DNA of 64,000 nucleotides from Candidatus Aminicenantes bacterium (GTDB lineage Bacteria; Acidobacteriota; Aminicenantia; Aminicenantales; UBA4085): NCBI GenBank assembly GCA_026393855.1, contig JAPKZJ010000065.1, positions 4,560 to 68,559 of the forward strand, read 5' to 3'. Shown piece by piece: positions 28,425 to 37,931 of this stretch (position 1 is its first letter; each line of letters starts with the position of its first letter). The notes under the pieces were generated by a model. It saw only the letters and a program-made list of their open reading frames with translations, ran no database searches and was not told where the DNA came from. The position numbers and the translations under genes were made by a program.

Positions 28425-29690
28425 TTATTGAAGAATAACGGTTTTGCTCAAGGTGCAGGTCTTTTGTTTTCCTCCGCCTTCGACTTGCAGAGAAAGCGTT
28501 TTTCCTGGTCCGAAAAGCAAGTCGGGGTCCAGGTAAAAGCGGCAATAGTCATCAACGGTGACGGAATCGAATTTCAGGTCATTGATCCGCAGGATGCGGT
28601 CTCCGATCTGGACGCCGGCCTTTTCGGCCGGCGATCCTTCGTAGAGATAGCTGACATACAATTTTCGCTCCTCGGCATTGAAGGAAAACCCGAAACCGAA
28701 GGTCTCCAGCAAAGGGGGGGACTCCGGAACCTGGGGAGTCAGTCGGATCTCGTTTTTTCCCCAGTCGAAGGTGACGGCGAAGCGGCCGAAAAAATCATTG
28801 CCTACGCTGGCCAAGGCCTCGGGGTAAAATGCAAGCAGCAGGGCCGGCGCACGATAATCTCCGCTTTTAACGGTCTGAAGGACGGCCGTCCGGCCCCGAG
28901 AGGCCTTGACGCCCATCGCCCCGCCCAGCAATTCGCCGTAGACCGCAACGGAGGGTGTGTCCTTGCGGCGGCCTCGTATTTCCTGCCAATATTCCAAGGG
29001 CGCCCTGAAACCGGAGGTCGACCCCAGATCCACTTTAAAGGGCAGTCGCAAACCGTTCCACTCCAGAGCGATTTCCGGGATGCGCTGGATGGTCTGTTTG
29101 AAGGGGAGGATCAGGACGGGAGAAAGATGCGGCAGGCGATCCTCCTGATCGGTAAGGATCAATTTCCGCCGGGCATAATCAAGATGCCAATAGGGCGCCA
29201 GCCGCATGAGATTCATGCCGATCACGCCGTCGGCGGCGTAACAGCCGAGGGAAGGGAGGGAAGGGATCCGATTCAGGTCAAATATGCCCGCGCCGGTTCC
29301 ATCGAAAGGGATTCCGCCGATAGTGATCCGGTTAAGGGTGACGAAGTCAGTCGTTCCCTTCTTTTGATTGGAATCCACGATCGTATCGGAGACCTTGGGT
29401 GCAACGGCAAGCGAGAGTGCCAAGGCCGGAGATATAACGCTGAATGTGGCGCTTGTGTCGAAGAGGAAATGGTATGTTTCTGGACTGTTGTTGATTTGGA
29501 CGGGAACCAGGATCAAGCCTCGACGGTAAAGGATATCCACCTCGGAATAGTATCCTTTCTGGTCGAGACGGCCGGCCAGAAAGAGAGAGCCCATTTTGAT
29601 CATCGTGCACCCGGAAACACCGGCCAGGACGATCACAACAATAACGATCTTGACTAGGATTATTCTTTTTCGAAAACGATGTCCGAGCAT
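28425..29690 (-). CDS. lipoprotein with retropepsin-like aspartyl-protease fold and C-terminal PDZ domain
   Basis: AAGGAG lies 8 nt before ATG 29690. Lipobox LAGVSGC. FLFDTSATFSVIS (DTS in place of the usual DTG) and a second lobe VDLGSTSGF. PDZ motif GSPAEKAGVQIGDRILRINDLKF. GC is visibly lower than in the flanks. Confidence 0.6.
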   Translation of the reverse strand: MLGHRFRKRIILVKIVIVVIVLAGVSGCTMIKMGSLFLAGRLDQKGYYSEVDILYRRGLILVPVQINNSPETYHFLFDTSATFSVISPALALSLAVAPKVSDTIVDSNQKKGTTDFVTLNRITIGGIPFDGTGAGIFDLNRIPSLPSLGCYAADGVIGMNLMRLAPYWHLDYARRKLILTDQEDRLPHLSPVLILPFKQTIQRIPEIALEWNGLRLPFKVDLGSTSGFRAPLEYWQEIRGRRKDTPSVAVYGELLGGAMGVKASRGRTAVLQTVKSGDYRAPALLLAFYPEALASVGNDFFGRFAVTFDWGKNEIRLTPQVPESPPLLETFGFGFSFNAEERKLYVSYLYEGSPAEKAGVQIGDRILRINDLKFDSVTVDDYCRFYLDPDLLFGPGKTLSLQVEGGGKQKTCTLSKTVILQ

Positions 29691-29704
29691 AACAAGAGCT
29701 CCTT

Positions 29705-30646
29705 TCACGGCTCAGGGGCGAGTGCCGGCGGGGGAGGGGCGATCACTTCTCGTTCGCCGCGGCCATCGGGCCTAGGGAATCGGATTTTCCAAGAATGTAG
29801 AAGATAACCGCAATCGCCCGGGCGGGCGGTGGATTCGCCGTCGGCGGCGATGACCCAGGGGAGTCCACCGGGGCCGTAGAGGGGATCACCGACGAGAGGA
29901 TATCCGGCATAAGCCAGATGGATGCGGATCTGATGGGGGCGGCCGGTAGGGATCGTCACCTCGAGAATCGAAGCGTTCTCGTCGGTTAGATGGCGAATAA
30001 CGCGGACATGGCTAATAGCCGCGCGGCCGCGGGGAGAATAAGCGTTGACTGTTGCCCCTTTGCCGTTAGGGACCGGGCCGATCGGAACATCGACTGTGAA
30101 CGCATCCGGCGAAACAAGGCCTGAAGCCTTGGCCAGATAGACTTTGAGAATCTGCCGCTCGACCATGGCCTTGGTCAGAAATCGAGCGGCTTGCTCGTTC
30201 CGGGTGAACAGGATCGCTCCGGAAGTCCCGCGTCCGAGGCGGTGAAGAGGGGAGCATTCCGGCCCAAAGCGCTTGCGGGCCAAGTGAAGCAGGGTGTTCT
30301 CCAGGAATCCGCCGCCGGGCAGGACGGGCAGGCCGGAAGGCTTATCCAGGACTAAAATGTCATCGTCTTCATAGAGAACGCCGAAATCGACGGGGGCATC
30401 GGGCTCTTCCCAGGCCGGGCGCGAATAGACGAGAAAGTCGCCGCGGATCAGGATTTCGTCGGGTGAGGCCGGCTTCCCGTTGCGGGAGATTCGCCCGATT
30501 CGGATATGCTCGCGCCAGGTTTCCTCCGTCGAGTGCGGATAATGCCGTACATAAAACGCCAAAATTAGCAGGCCTTCGTCCTCCGTGGAGATGCGGTCGG
30601 AGTATTGGCAGCCTTTGTTTCGAATGGGGATGATCCTGCTTTCCAT
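29705..30646 (-). CDS. RluA-family 23S rRNA/tRNA pseudouridine synthase with N-terminal S4-like segment
   Basis: DDDILVLDKPSGLPVLPGG...HRLGRGTSGAILF...GRPHQIRIHLAYAGYPLVGDPLYG. Start chosen at ATG 30646 (MESRIIPIR...IRIGRISRNG). Upstream in-frame starts would overlap the divergent nnr gene. Confidence 0.78.
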   Translation of the reverse strand: MESRIIPIRNKGCQYSDRISTEDEGLLILAFYVRHYPHSTEETWREHIRIGRISRNGKPASPDEILIRGDFLVYSRPAWEEPDAPVDFGVLYEDDDILVLDKPSGLPVLPGGGFLENTLLHLARKRFGPECSPLHRLGRGTSGAILFTRNEQAARFLTKAMVERQILKVYLAKASGLVSPDAFTVDVPIGPVPNGKGATVNAYSPRGRAAISHVRVIRHLTDENASILEVTIPTGRPHQIRIHLAYAGYPLVGDPLYGPGGLPWVIAADGESTARPGDCGYLLHSWKIRFPRPDGRGEREVIAPPPPALAPEP

Positions 30647-30801
30647 CCCTATTCTACACGATCCTCGTCGCGATCCCGTGAGGGTACCGAAGCGGCGGAT
30701 CGGTTCCTCCCGCGCCGAGGTGCGATTCGAACTCATCCGTACGGAAGCCAAAGGGCTTTTCTCCGGGTCTCTCCGAATGTGATAAAATCCCATCGAGCGC
30801 C

Positions 30802-32364
30802 ATGCAAAAAATACTGACTTCGCAACAGATGCGGGCAATCGATCATACGGCCATCGAAGAGATCGGCATCCCCGGCCCGGTGCTTATGGAAAACGCCGGC
30901 CTGCGGGTAGTTGAGGAGATAATTAAACGCTATCCCGATCCGGCCCGGGAGCGCATCGTCGTCGTGGCCGGCAAGGGCAACAACGGAGGAGACGGCCTGG
31001 TTGTGGCCCGTCATCTAAGCCTGCGGGGGGGCAAGCCGGTCGTGCTTCTACTGGCCGCTAAAGACGATCTGAAGGGTGACGCCGCCCTTAACCTGGCGGC
31101 GGCGGAGAAGTCCGGCGTCGAAGTCGTCGACGCCTCGACCGAGCTGTGTTGGAAAAAGCAGAGGATGACGCTGCTCCACGCTTCGATCGTCGTGGACGCG
31201 ATCTTCGGCACGGGCCTGGACAAGCCCGCGGCCGGGATTTATGCGAACGCCATCGAGGATATCAACAAAGCCCGCGGCTTCAAGGTCGCCGTCGACATCC
31301 CCTCGGGCTTGTCCTCGGACACGTTCGCACTCATCGGGCCGGCCGTCCGAGCCAATCTGACGGTCGCCCTGGCCGCGCCGAAAATCAGCCATATCTTTCC
31401 CCCGGCCGCCGATCTGTGCGGTCAGTTGGTGATCGCCGACATCGGGATCCCCAAGTTCCTGCTGGATCCGGCGGATCTGAAATTGGCCGTGACCGAGCGG
31501 AAGGACATTCTGCCGCTTTTTGCTCCGCGCCGCCGGGACGGCCATAAGGGATCTTATGGCCATCTGCTGGTCCTGGCTGGTTCGGTAGGCAAGACGGGCG
31601 CCGCGGTGCTGACCGGGAAGGCTGCCTTGCGGATGGGCGCCGGGCTAGTCACCATCGCCACCGCGGGACGAGCGGTTGCCACTGTCGCTCGGGGAATGCT
31701 GGAGCTGATGACCGAGCCCCTGTCGGAAACGGCGGCCGGTACGATCGCAGCCGAGGCGCTGCCCGCGGTCGAGAAGATTCTCAGAGGCAAGAACGCCGTC
31801 GTCATCGGGCCGGGCCTCTCGACCGACCCTTCGACTTCCGCCCTTATCCTTTCGCTCATCCCCCGGCTTAAGGTTCCGGCTGTTATAGACGCGGATGGAC
31901 TCAACATCCTGGCCGGCAGGATCGATATTCTCAAGAAATTGACCCAGCCGGTTGTGCTCACGCCCCACCCGGGGGAGTTCGCCCGTCTGATCGGGAAAAC
32001 CGTAGCCGAGGTCCTGGAGAAGCGGCTCGAGCTCGCTCCGGCCTTCGCCCGCGAATACAACGTCATCCTCGTGCTCAAAGGCCATCGCACCCTGGTCGCG
32101 GCGCCCGACGGCCGGGTCTTCGTCAACCCAACCGGAAACCCGGGTATGGCGACCGGAGGATCCGGCGATGTGTTGAGCGGCCTGATCGGCTCGCTCATCG
32201 TTCAATCGAAGGATATCCTGGCCGCGACGAGGGCGGCCGTCTATGTCCATGGCTTGAGCGGCGACCTGGCGGCGGCCAAGTTGGGCGAGCGGGCCCTCAT
32301 CGCCGGCGACCTCATCCGCTTCCTGCCGGCGGCCGTCAAATTCCTGGAAGACGCGGCGAAATGA
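30802..32364 (+). CDS. nnr: bifunctional NAD(P)H-hydrate repair enzyme (epimerase / ADP-dependent dehydratase, YjeF family)
   Basis: N-terminal YjeF_N (MRAIDHTAIEEIGIPGPVLMENAG...GKGNNGGDG). C-terminal carbohydrate-kinase domain (KGSYGHLLVLAGS...TPHPGEFARL...GNPGMATGGSGDVLSG). Confidence 0.85.
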   Translation: MQKILTSQQMRAIDHTAIEEIGIPGPVLMENAGLRVVEEIIKRYPDPARERIVVVAGKGNNGGDGLVVARHLSLRGGKPVVLLLAAKDDLKGDAALNLAAAEKSGVEVVDASTELCWKKQRMTLLHASIVVDAIFGTGLDKPAAGIYANAIEDINKARGFKVAVDIPSGLSSDTFALIGPAVRANLTVALAAPKISHIFPPAADLCGQLVIADIGIPKFLLDPADLKLAVTERKDILPLFAPRRRDGHKGSYGHLLVLAGSVGKTGAAVLTGKAALRMGAGLVTIATAGRAVATVARGMLELMTEPLSETAAGTIAAEALPAVEKILRGKNAVVIGPGLSTDPSTSALILSLIPRLKVPAVIDADGLNILAGRIDILKKLTQPVVLTPHPGEFARLIGKTVAEVLEKRLELAPAFAREYNVILVLKGHRTLVAAPDGRVFVNPTGNPGMATGGSGDVLSGLIGSLIVQSKDILAATRAAVYVHGLSGDLAAAKLGERALIAGDLIRFLPAAVKFLEDAAK

Positions 32365-32873
32365 CGACGATGAAGAAGCCGCCCGCGCGAACGCCACGGG
32401 CGAAATCCGCCCCGGCCCAATCGGCCCGTCGGAAAAAACAAGCCGCTGCGAATGTCTTCCGTTCCAAGAGCGAGAAAGAGACCAGGGAATTCGCCGCCCG
32501 CCTGGCCGGAACGTTCAAGGGGAACGAAGTCGTTTTCCTGGTCGGCGAGCTGGGCGCCGGCAAGACGGTGTTCGCCAAAGGCGTGGCCGCCGGGCTTGGG
32601 CTCGAAGATATCGGCGAGGTTTGCAGCCCGACCTTCACCCTGATGAACGTCTATCAGGCCCGCTTTCCCATCTACCATCTCGACCTCTATCGCCTCGGGT
32701 CGGCGCCCGAGATCCGGGACCTCGGGTTCGAGGATTATGTCGGGGACGGGGTCATCCTGGTCGAGTGGGCCGAGAAGATCGATTTTCCGATGCCCGCGAT
32801 CCGCGTTTCTATTAAAGTCGAGCCCGACGAAACACGGACCATCCGGGCCGATAAACGCGCCTTGCGCCCCTAG
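32361..32873 (+). CDS. tsaE: tRNA t6A37 biosynthesis ATPase TsaE (YjeE), with basic N-terminal extension
   Basis: LVGELGAGKTVFAKG...SPTFTLMNVY...YHLDLYRL...VEWAE. 4-nt ATGA overlap with nnr. Confidence 0.85.
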   Translation: MTTMKKPPARTPRAKSAPAQSARRKKQAAANVFRSKSEKETREFAARLAGTFKGNEVVFLVGELGAGKTVFAKGVAAGLGLEDIGEVCSPTFTLMNVYQARFPIYHLDLYRLGSAPEIRDLGFEDYVGDGVILVEWAEKIDFPMPAIRVSIKVEPDETRTIRADKRALRP

Positions 32874-32925
32874 ACGCTCCCGGCGTTTTAGGCTAAATTA
32901 AGCCCGCCTGACAAGGAGTGCCCCT

Positions 32926-33465
32926 ATGAACACCGCACCGCTCAAGAAGAAGATCTACGAAGTGAAGGACTACCCGAAGCCCGGCGTCGGGTTCAAGGAC
33001 ATCACCCCGCTTGTGGCCGACGCTAAGGCTTATAAAGAAGTCATCGACGCCCTCTCGGCCTGGGCCCGCTTCAAGAAGCCCGACCTCATCGTCGGCATCG
33101 AGTCGCGCGGGTACCTCTTCGCCGCGCCGGTGGCCCGCGATCTCAAGCGCGGCCTGGCCGTCATCCGCAAGAAGGGCAAGCTGCCCCGCAAGACCGTCTG
33201 CGTCCAGGCGCCCAACGAATATGCCGTCGAGTATTTCGAGATGCACGAGGACGCCATCCAGCCCGGCCAACGGGTCCTGGTCATCGATGACCTCATCGCT
33301 ACCGGGTCCTCCTCGATCGCGGCCATCAATCTGGTCAAGATCCTCAAGGGTGTGGTGGTCGGGTTCGGCGCCGCCATCGAACTTCAGTTCCTGAACGGGC
33401 TCAAAGCCATCCGCCAAGCCCATCCCGACGTCGCCGTCTTCAGCTTGATCAAGTACAAGAAGTGA
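32926..33465 (+). CDS. apt: adenine phosphoribosyltransferase
   Basis: DYPKPGVGFKDITPL...IVGIESRGYLFAAPVA...VLVIDDLIATGSS. Confidence 0.9.
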   Translation: MNTAPLKKKIYEVKDYPKPGVGFKDITPLVADAKAYKEVIDALSAWARFKKPDLIVGIESRGYLFAAPVARDLKRGLAVIRKKGKLPRKTVCVQAPNEYAVEYFEMHEDAIQPGQRVLVIDDLIATGSSSIAAINLVKILKGVVVGFGAAIELQFLNGLKAIRQAHPDVAVFSLIKYKK

Positions 33466-33512
33466 CCCGGCCCGGGGGAGCGCCGACGTGCCCCCCGGAC
33501 AAGGAGCATGCG

Positions 33513-34835
33513 ATGGGCGCGAGGCTCGACCGGTTTTTCAAGCTGACTGAGAACGGCACCAACGTCCGGACCGAGATCCTGGGTGGGGCGACCACGTTCA
33601 TGACCATGTCCTACATCATCTTCGTCCAACCGGCCATTCTCTCATCGACCGGCATGGATCGGGGTGCGGTGTTGACGGCCACCTGCCTGGCCTCGGCCGT
33701 CGCCACGCTGCTCATGGGCCTGCTGGCGAACTATCCGATCGCCCAGGCCCCGGCCATGGGCCACAACGTTTTTTTCGCCGTCGTCGTCTGCGGGATCATG
33801 GGCTATTCCTGGCAAGCGGCGCTGGGCGCCATATTCATCGCCGGCCTGGCCCAGATCATCCTGTCGATCGCCGGATTCTATGACAAGCTCGTGGCCGCCG
33901 TGCCCGAAAGCCTCAAGCATGCCATCGCCGTCGGGATCGGCCTGCTCATCGCCTTGATCGGACTCGAATACGGCGGCGTCGTCGCCTCCAGCCCGGGCAC
34001 TTACATCGGTCTCGGCAACCTGACCGCCAAGCCCGTCCTGCTGGCGCTGGCCGGGACGGCGCTAAGCGCCGTGCTGATGGCTAGGCGAGTTAAAGGGGCC
34101 ATCCTGCTCGGCATGCTGGGCACTTCCGCCGCCGGTGTGGTCCTGGGTGTCATCAAGTACCAGGGCGTCCTGGCCGCTCCTCCCAGCCTGGCCCCGACTT
34201 TCCTCAAGCTGGATATCCCCGGCGCCTTGCACATGGGGATCTTCTCGGTCCTTTTTGTCTTTTTTTTCCTGGACATGTTCGACTGTGTCGGCACGCTCAT
34301 TGGGGTCAGCCAGCCGGCCGGCTTCATGAAGGCCGGCCAGCTGCCGCGGGTGGGTAAGGCCATCCTGGCGGATGCGATCGGTACGGTCGAGGGCACGCTC
34401 CTCGGCACCTCCACCGTCTCGAGCTACATCGAAAGCACGACCGGGATCGCGGCCGGCGCCCGCACCGGCTTGGCCAACGTGGTCACGGCCGGGCTTTTCC
34501 TGGCGGCGCTCTTCTTCAGCCCCTTGGCCGAGATGATCGCCGGCGAGGTCAAGCTAGGCGATGTCGTCCTGCGCCCGGCCATCGCCCCGGCCCTCATCCT
34601 GGTCGGCTACCTGATGATGCGCTCGGTCCGATACATCGACTGGGACGATCTGACGGAGGCCGTTCCCGCCTTTCTGGCCATCGTCCTTACGCCGTTGACC
34701 CAGAGCATCGCTGAGGGCATCGCCTTCGGCTTTATCTCCTACTCGCTGCTGAAGCTGACTACGGGCAAGGGCCGGTCTGTTCATCCTCTCGTCTATATCT
34801 TTTCCGTGCTGTTTATCGCGCGCTACTTTTTCTGA
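33513..34835 (+). CDS. NCS2-family purine (adenine/guanine/hypoxanthine) permease, AzgA type
   Basis: AAGGAG lies 6 nt before ATG 33513. MGARLDRFFKLTENGTNVRTEILGGATTFMTMSYIIFVQPAIL. Multi-TM throughout. Confidence 0.85.
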   Translation: MGARLDRFFKLTENGTNVRTEILGGATTFMTMSYIIFVQPAILSSTGMDRGAVLTATCLASAVATLLMGLLANYPIAQAPAMGHNVFFAVVVCGIMGYSWQAALGAIFIAGLAQIILSIAGFYDKLVAAVPESLKHAIAVGIGLLIALIGLEYGGVVASSPGTYIGLGNLTAKPVLLALAGTALSAVLMARRVKGAILLGMLGTSAAGVVLGVIKYQGVLAAPPSLAPTFLKLDIPGALHMGIFSVLFVFFFLDMFDCVGTLIGVSQPAGFMKAGQLPRVGKAILADAIGTVEGTLLGTSTVSSYIESTTGIAAGARTGLANVVTAGLFLAALFFSPLAEMIAGEVKLGDVVLRPAIAPALILVGYLMMRSVRYIDWDDLTEAVPAFLAIVLTPLTQSIAEGIAFGFISYSLLKLTTGKGRSVHPLVYIFSVLFIARYFF

Positions 34836-34865
34836 TCCGGCTTCGACGATTAATGGGCATTTCAT

Positions 34866-34908
34866 TGTCGTCGCGAGCCCTCGCCGAAGGCGAGGGCGTG
34901 GCGACCTC
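34866..34908 (+). repeat. intergenic palindromic hairpin repeat, family A, copy 1
   Basis: TGTC-GTCGC-GA-GCCCTCGCC-GAA-GGCGAGGGC-GTG-GCGAC-CTC. A second copy at 58127..58170 has compensatory changes in both stems. Confidence 0.8.
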
Positions 34909-34945
34909 CATGATAAGATCGGATTCGATATATGAGGAGAACCAG

Positions 34946-36703
34946 ATGAAACATCCGATAAATCCCCATCGAATCCTTATTCTCCTCTTGGCCGCTTTCC
35001 TGGCCGCCTCCTGCGCGCCGCCCGCGCCCAAGGTGGGTTTGAGCCTCGAATCCGATGGCGCCCGCTGGGTCGAGCGGACGATGCGGACGATGACACTCGA
35101 GGACAAAGTGGCCCAGATGATCGGCTGCCGATATTCGGGCGAATTCCTTCCGGCCGACAGCGATCAGCTCGCCTTCCTCAAGCGCCTGGTCGCCAAGCAC
35201 AAGATCGGCAGCCTGGCCATCTTTCTCGGCGACGCCTATGAGACCGCCGCTCTCAACAATACCCTGCAGGCACTGGCCGACGTGCCCCTTCTCATGGGCT
35301 CGGACCTGGAACGTGGGGCCGGGAATCAAATCACGGGGGCGACCCTGTTCCCGACGATCATGGGTGTGGGTGCCTCCGATTCCGAGGAGCTGGCCTACGG
35401 CATGGGTCGGACGACCGCGCTGGAAGGGCGGGCGCTGGGCCTCCACATGACTTATGCGCCGGTCGTCGACGTCAACATCAATCCCGACAATCCCATCATC
35501 AATACCCGGTCTGTCGGCGAGAACCCCGCCCAGGTCGCCCGCATCGCGGTCGCCTTCGCCCGCGGCTGCCAGGACAACGGCATGATCGCCACGGCCAAGC
35601 ATTTCCCCGGTCACGGCGATACCGACCAGGATTCGCACATCCTTCTCCCCGTCATCAAGGGCGATCGGGAGCGCTTGAATAAAATCGAGCTGGCGCCCTA
35701 TCGCAAGCTGATCGAAGCCGGCGTGGGCGCCATCATGGTCTCCCACCTGATGGTCCCCGCTCTCGATCCGACGCCCGGCTTGCCGGCCACCCTCTCGCCC
35801 GCCATCCTGACGGGCCTTCTGCGCGGGGAGATGGGCTTTCGCGGCTTGATCGTGACCGACGCCATGGAGATGGGCGGCGTCACAAACGCCTACGCGCCGG
35901 CGGAAGCAGCACTCAAAGCGATCCAGGCCGGCATCGATATCGTGCTCCTGCCGCTCGAGCCCGAGACGGTGGTCGAGTCGCTGAAGGACGCCGTGCGCAC
36001 GGGAATTCTACCCCGTGAACGGGTGAATGCGTCCGTGCGGCGCATCTTGGAGGCCAAGGCCCGACTGGGACTGCATCGCGAGCGGTTTGTCGATCTTGCG
36101 GCCCTGCCTGCCCGACTTGGAACCAAGCCCTTCCTGGCCCAAGCCGCTAAAACATTCGAAGCGGCCGTGACCTTGGTCAAGAACGATGGCGACATCCTGC
36201 CTCTGCCTGCGACGGGAAAGAAAATCGTCGTCGTTTCCCTGAGCAGCGATAAGGGCGATTATTTCGCGGGCCGTGTCTTTGCCAACGCAGTCAAGAACCA
36301 CAACCCCGAAACCCAGATCTTCTACGCCGACGGCGATACCGGCCAGGAATCCCTGGATGAAACGGCGGCTAAGGCGGCTGAATCAGATGTCGTTGTCTTC
36401 GCCTTGTTCTCCAGCCTGAGCGCCTGGAAGGGGAGCGTCGGGCTCGATCCCCGTCACACAGCCCTGATCAAACGGATCAAGGAGAGCGGCAAACCCGTGG
36501 TCGCGGCTTCTTTCGGCAGCCCCTACCTATTGCGCGAATTTCCGGCCATCGACGCCTATCTTTGTCTCTACCGCAACCAGCTCCAGATGCAGGCGGCGGC
36601 GGCCAAGGCCCTCTTTGGCGAGACCGACGTGAGCGGGAAGCTCACGGTGACCATCCCTGGTGTCGCTGCTGCCGGGACCGGCGTCGTGCTGAAGAAACGC
36701 TAG
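34946..36703 (+). CDS. glycoside hydrolase family 3 lipoprotein (beta-N-acetylhexosaminidase/beta-glucosidase type)
   Basis: GAGGAG RBS. Lipoprotein signal MKHPINPHRILILLLAAFLAASC. KHFPGHGDTDQDSH; GLIVTDAMEMGG. Confidence 0.85.
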   Translation: MKHPINPHRILILLLAAFLAASCAPPAPKVGLSLESDGARWVERTMRTMTLEDKVAQMIGCRYSGEFLPADSDQLAFLKRLVAKHKIGSLAIFLGDAYETAALNNTLQALADVPLLMGSDLERGAGNQITGATLFPTIMGVGASDSEELAYGMGRTTALEGRALGLHMTYAPVVDVNINPDNPIINTRSVGENPAQVARIAVAFARGCQDNGMIATAKHFPGHGDTDQDSHILLPVIKGDRERLNKIELAPYRKLIEAGVGAIMVSHLMVPALDPTPGLPATLSPAILTGLLRGEMGFRGLIVTDAMEMGGVTNAYAPAEAALKAIQAGIDIVLLPLEPETVVESLKDAVRTGILPRERVNASVRRILEAKARLGLHRERFVDLAALPARLGTKPFLAQAAKTFEAAVTLVKNDGDILPLPATGKKIVVVSLSSDKGDYFAGRVFANAVKNHNPETQIFYADGDTGQESLDETAAKAAESDVVVFALFSSLSAWKGSVGLDPRHTALIKRIKESGKPVVAASFGSPYLLREFPAIDAYLCLYRNQLQMQAAAAKALFGETDVSGKLTVTIPGVAAAGTGVVLKKR

Positions 36704-36923
36704 CGCCGATCGCCGCCCCGAGTCAATTCTTCTTCAGGCGGGCCACGTAGATATTATCCACTCGCATCGAGGTGTCCGAGGTGATGACCTCGAATCCGGC
36801 CGCTCTTGCGGCGGCCCCCGGATTGACGAGAGGGGGCGAGCGGCGTAAATTGAAGGCATCGGGGTGATTCGCCCTGGCGGAAAAAAAAACTCGACGGCGT
36901 TGAGAACGGAGGCGCTTGGGCAC

Positions 36924-36951
36924 TTGACCAAGGAATTCGATATGATATATA
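36924..36951 (+). promoter_or_regulatory. candidate sigma70 promoter TTGACC-N16-TATATA (or N18-TATAAG) for the tusA-dsrE-hydrogenase operon
   Basis: Hexamers read from the sequence in an AT-richer 424-bp gap. Followed by a leader of about 170 nt with TTATCC direct repeats flanking a GGCGCG...CGCGCC palindrome (37071..37115). Confidence 0.4.
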
Positions 36952-37127
36952 AGTGCGCTGGGAATTAACTGCGGCGGCCGTTGCGGCCGGAAAGCCGAGA
37001 CCGGATTGGTCAGACTCGGACATCGCCATTCTTGGTTCATCCCCGCGGTGCTCCGCCCTGCGTCCCGATGTTATCCCTTGGCGCGGCGATCGTCGCGCCT
37101 TATCCAAATCTATCCGGAGGATCAATC

Positions 37128-37367
37128 ATGATCGATGTCGTCGCTCATCAAACGGCCGATTTCAGCGGCCTGGCCTGTCCGATGCCCATCATCAAGACCA
37201 AGAAAGCCATTGACGGCATGGCCGTCGGCGAAGTCCTGAAGATGATCTCGACCGATCCGGGGTCCGTCAGCGACATCCAAGCCTGGGCCGCCAAAACCGG
37301 GCAGGAATTGATCGGCCACGAGGAAACCGGCGGCAAATATGTTTTTTACATCCGCAAAGTAAAATAA
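37128..37367 (+). CDS. tusA: TusA/SirA-family sulfur carrier protein
   Basis: GGAGG lies 7 nt before ATG 37128. Canonical LACPMPIIKTKKAI cysteine motif. 79 aa. Confidence 0.85.
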   Translation: MIDVVAHQTADFSGLACPMPIIKTKKAIDGMAVGEVLKMISTDPGSVSDIQAWAAKTGQELIGHEETGGKYVFYIRKVK

Positions 37368-37393
37368 TTTTCCATCCCAAAGGAGACGCCGAC

Positions 37394-37870
37394 ATGCCTG
37401 AAGAAACAAGCCGACGACTAGCCATCATCGCCCTGCACGGGACGATGGATCTTGCTTATCCGCCCTTCATCCTGGCCACGGCGGCGGCGGCCCTGGATAT
37501 GGAAGTGGCTATCTTTTTCACATTCTATGGCTTGGAGATCCTTAAAAAAGGAAAGGTCGATAAGCTCAAGGTGGCTTCGATCGCCAATCCGGCCATGCCG
37601 GTGCCCATGCCCAACATCATCGGCATGCTGCCCGGGATGACCTCCATGGCCACGATGATGATGAACAAGTGGATGAAGAAAGCCCACGTCGCCAAGCTGA
37701 GCGAGCTTCTGGCCACGGCCAAGGAGATGAACGTCCGCCTGATCGCCTGCCAGATGACGATGGACGTCATGGGCATCAAGAAGGAAGACCTCATCGATGG
37801 TCTGGAGTACGGCGGGGCGGCGACCTTTCTGGAGTTCGCCAGTCACAACGCCGTCACCCTGACGTTCTGA
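37394..37870 (+). CDS. DsrE/DsrF/DrsH-like family protein (DsrE3-like sulfur-transfer protein)
   Basis: LAIIALHGTMDLAYPPFILATAAAALDMEVAIFFTFYGL...VRLIACQMTMDVMGI...GGAATFLEF. 158 aa, conserved Cys in IACQ. Confidence 0.75.
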   Translation: MPEETSRRLAIIALHGTMDLAYPPFILATAAAALDMEVAIFFTFYGLEILKKGKVDKLKVASIANPAMPVPMPNIIGMLPGMTSMATMMMNKWMKKAHVAKLSELLATAKEMNVRLIACQMTMDVMGIKKEDLIDGLEYGGAATFLEFASHNAVTLTF

Positions 37871-37931
37871 GGCAAGGACGCGCCGGCCGGCGGCCGCGGG
37901 GCCGCGGCCGGCTTCGAAAAAGGAGGACCCG

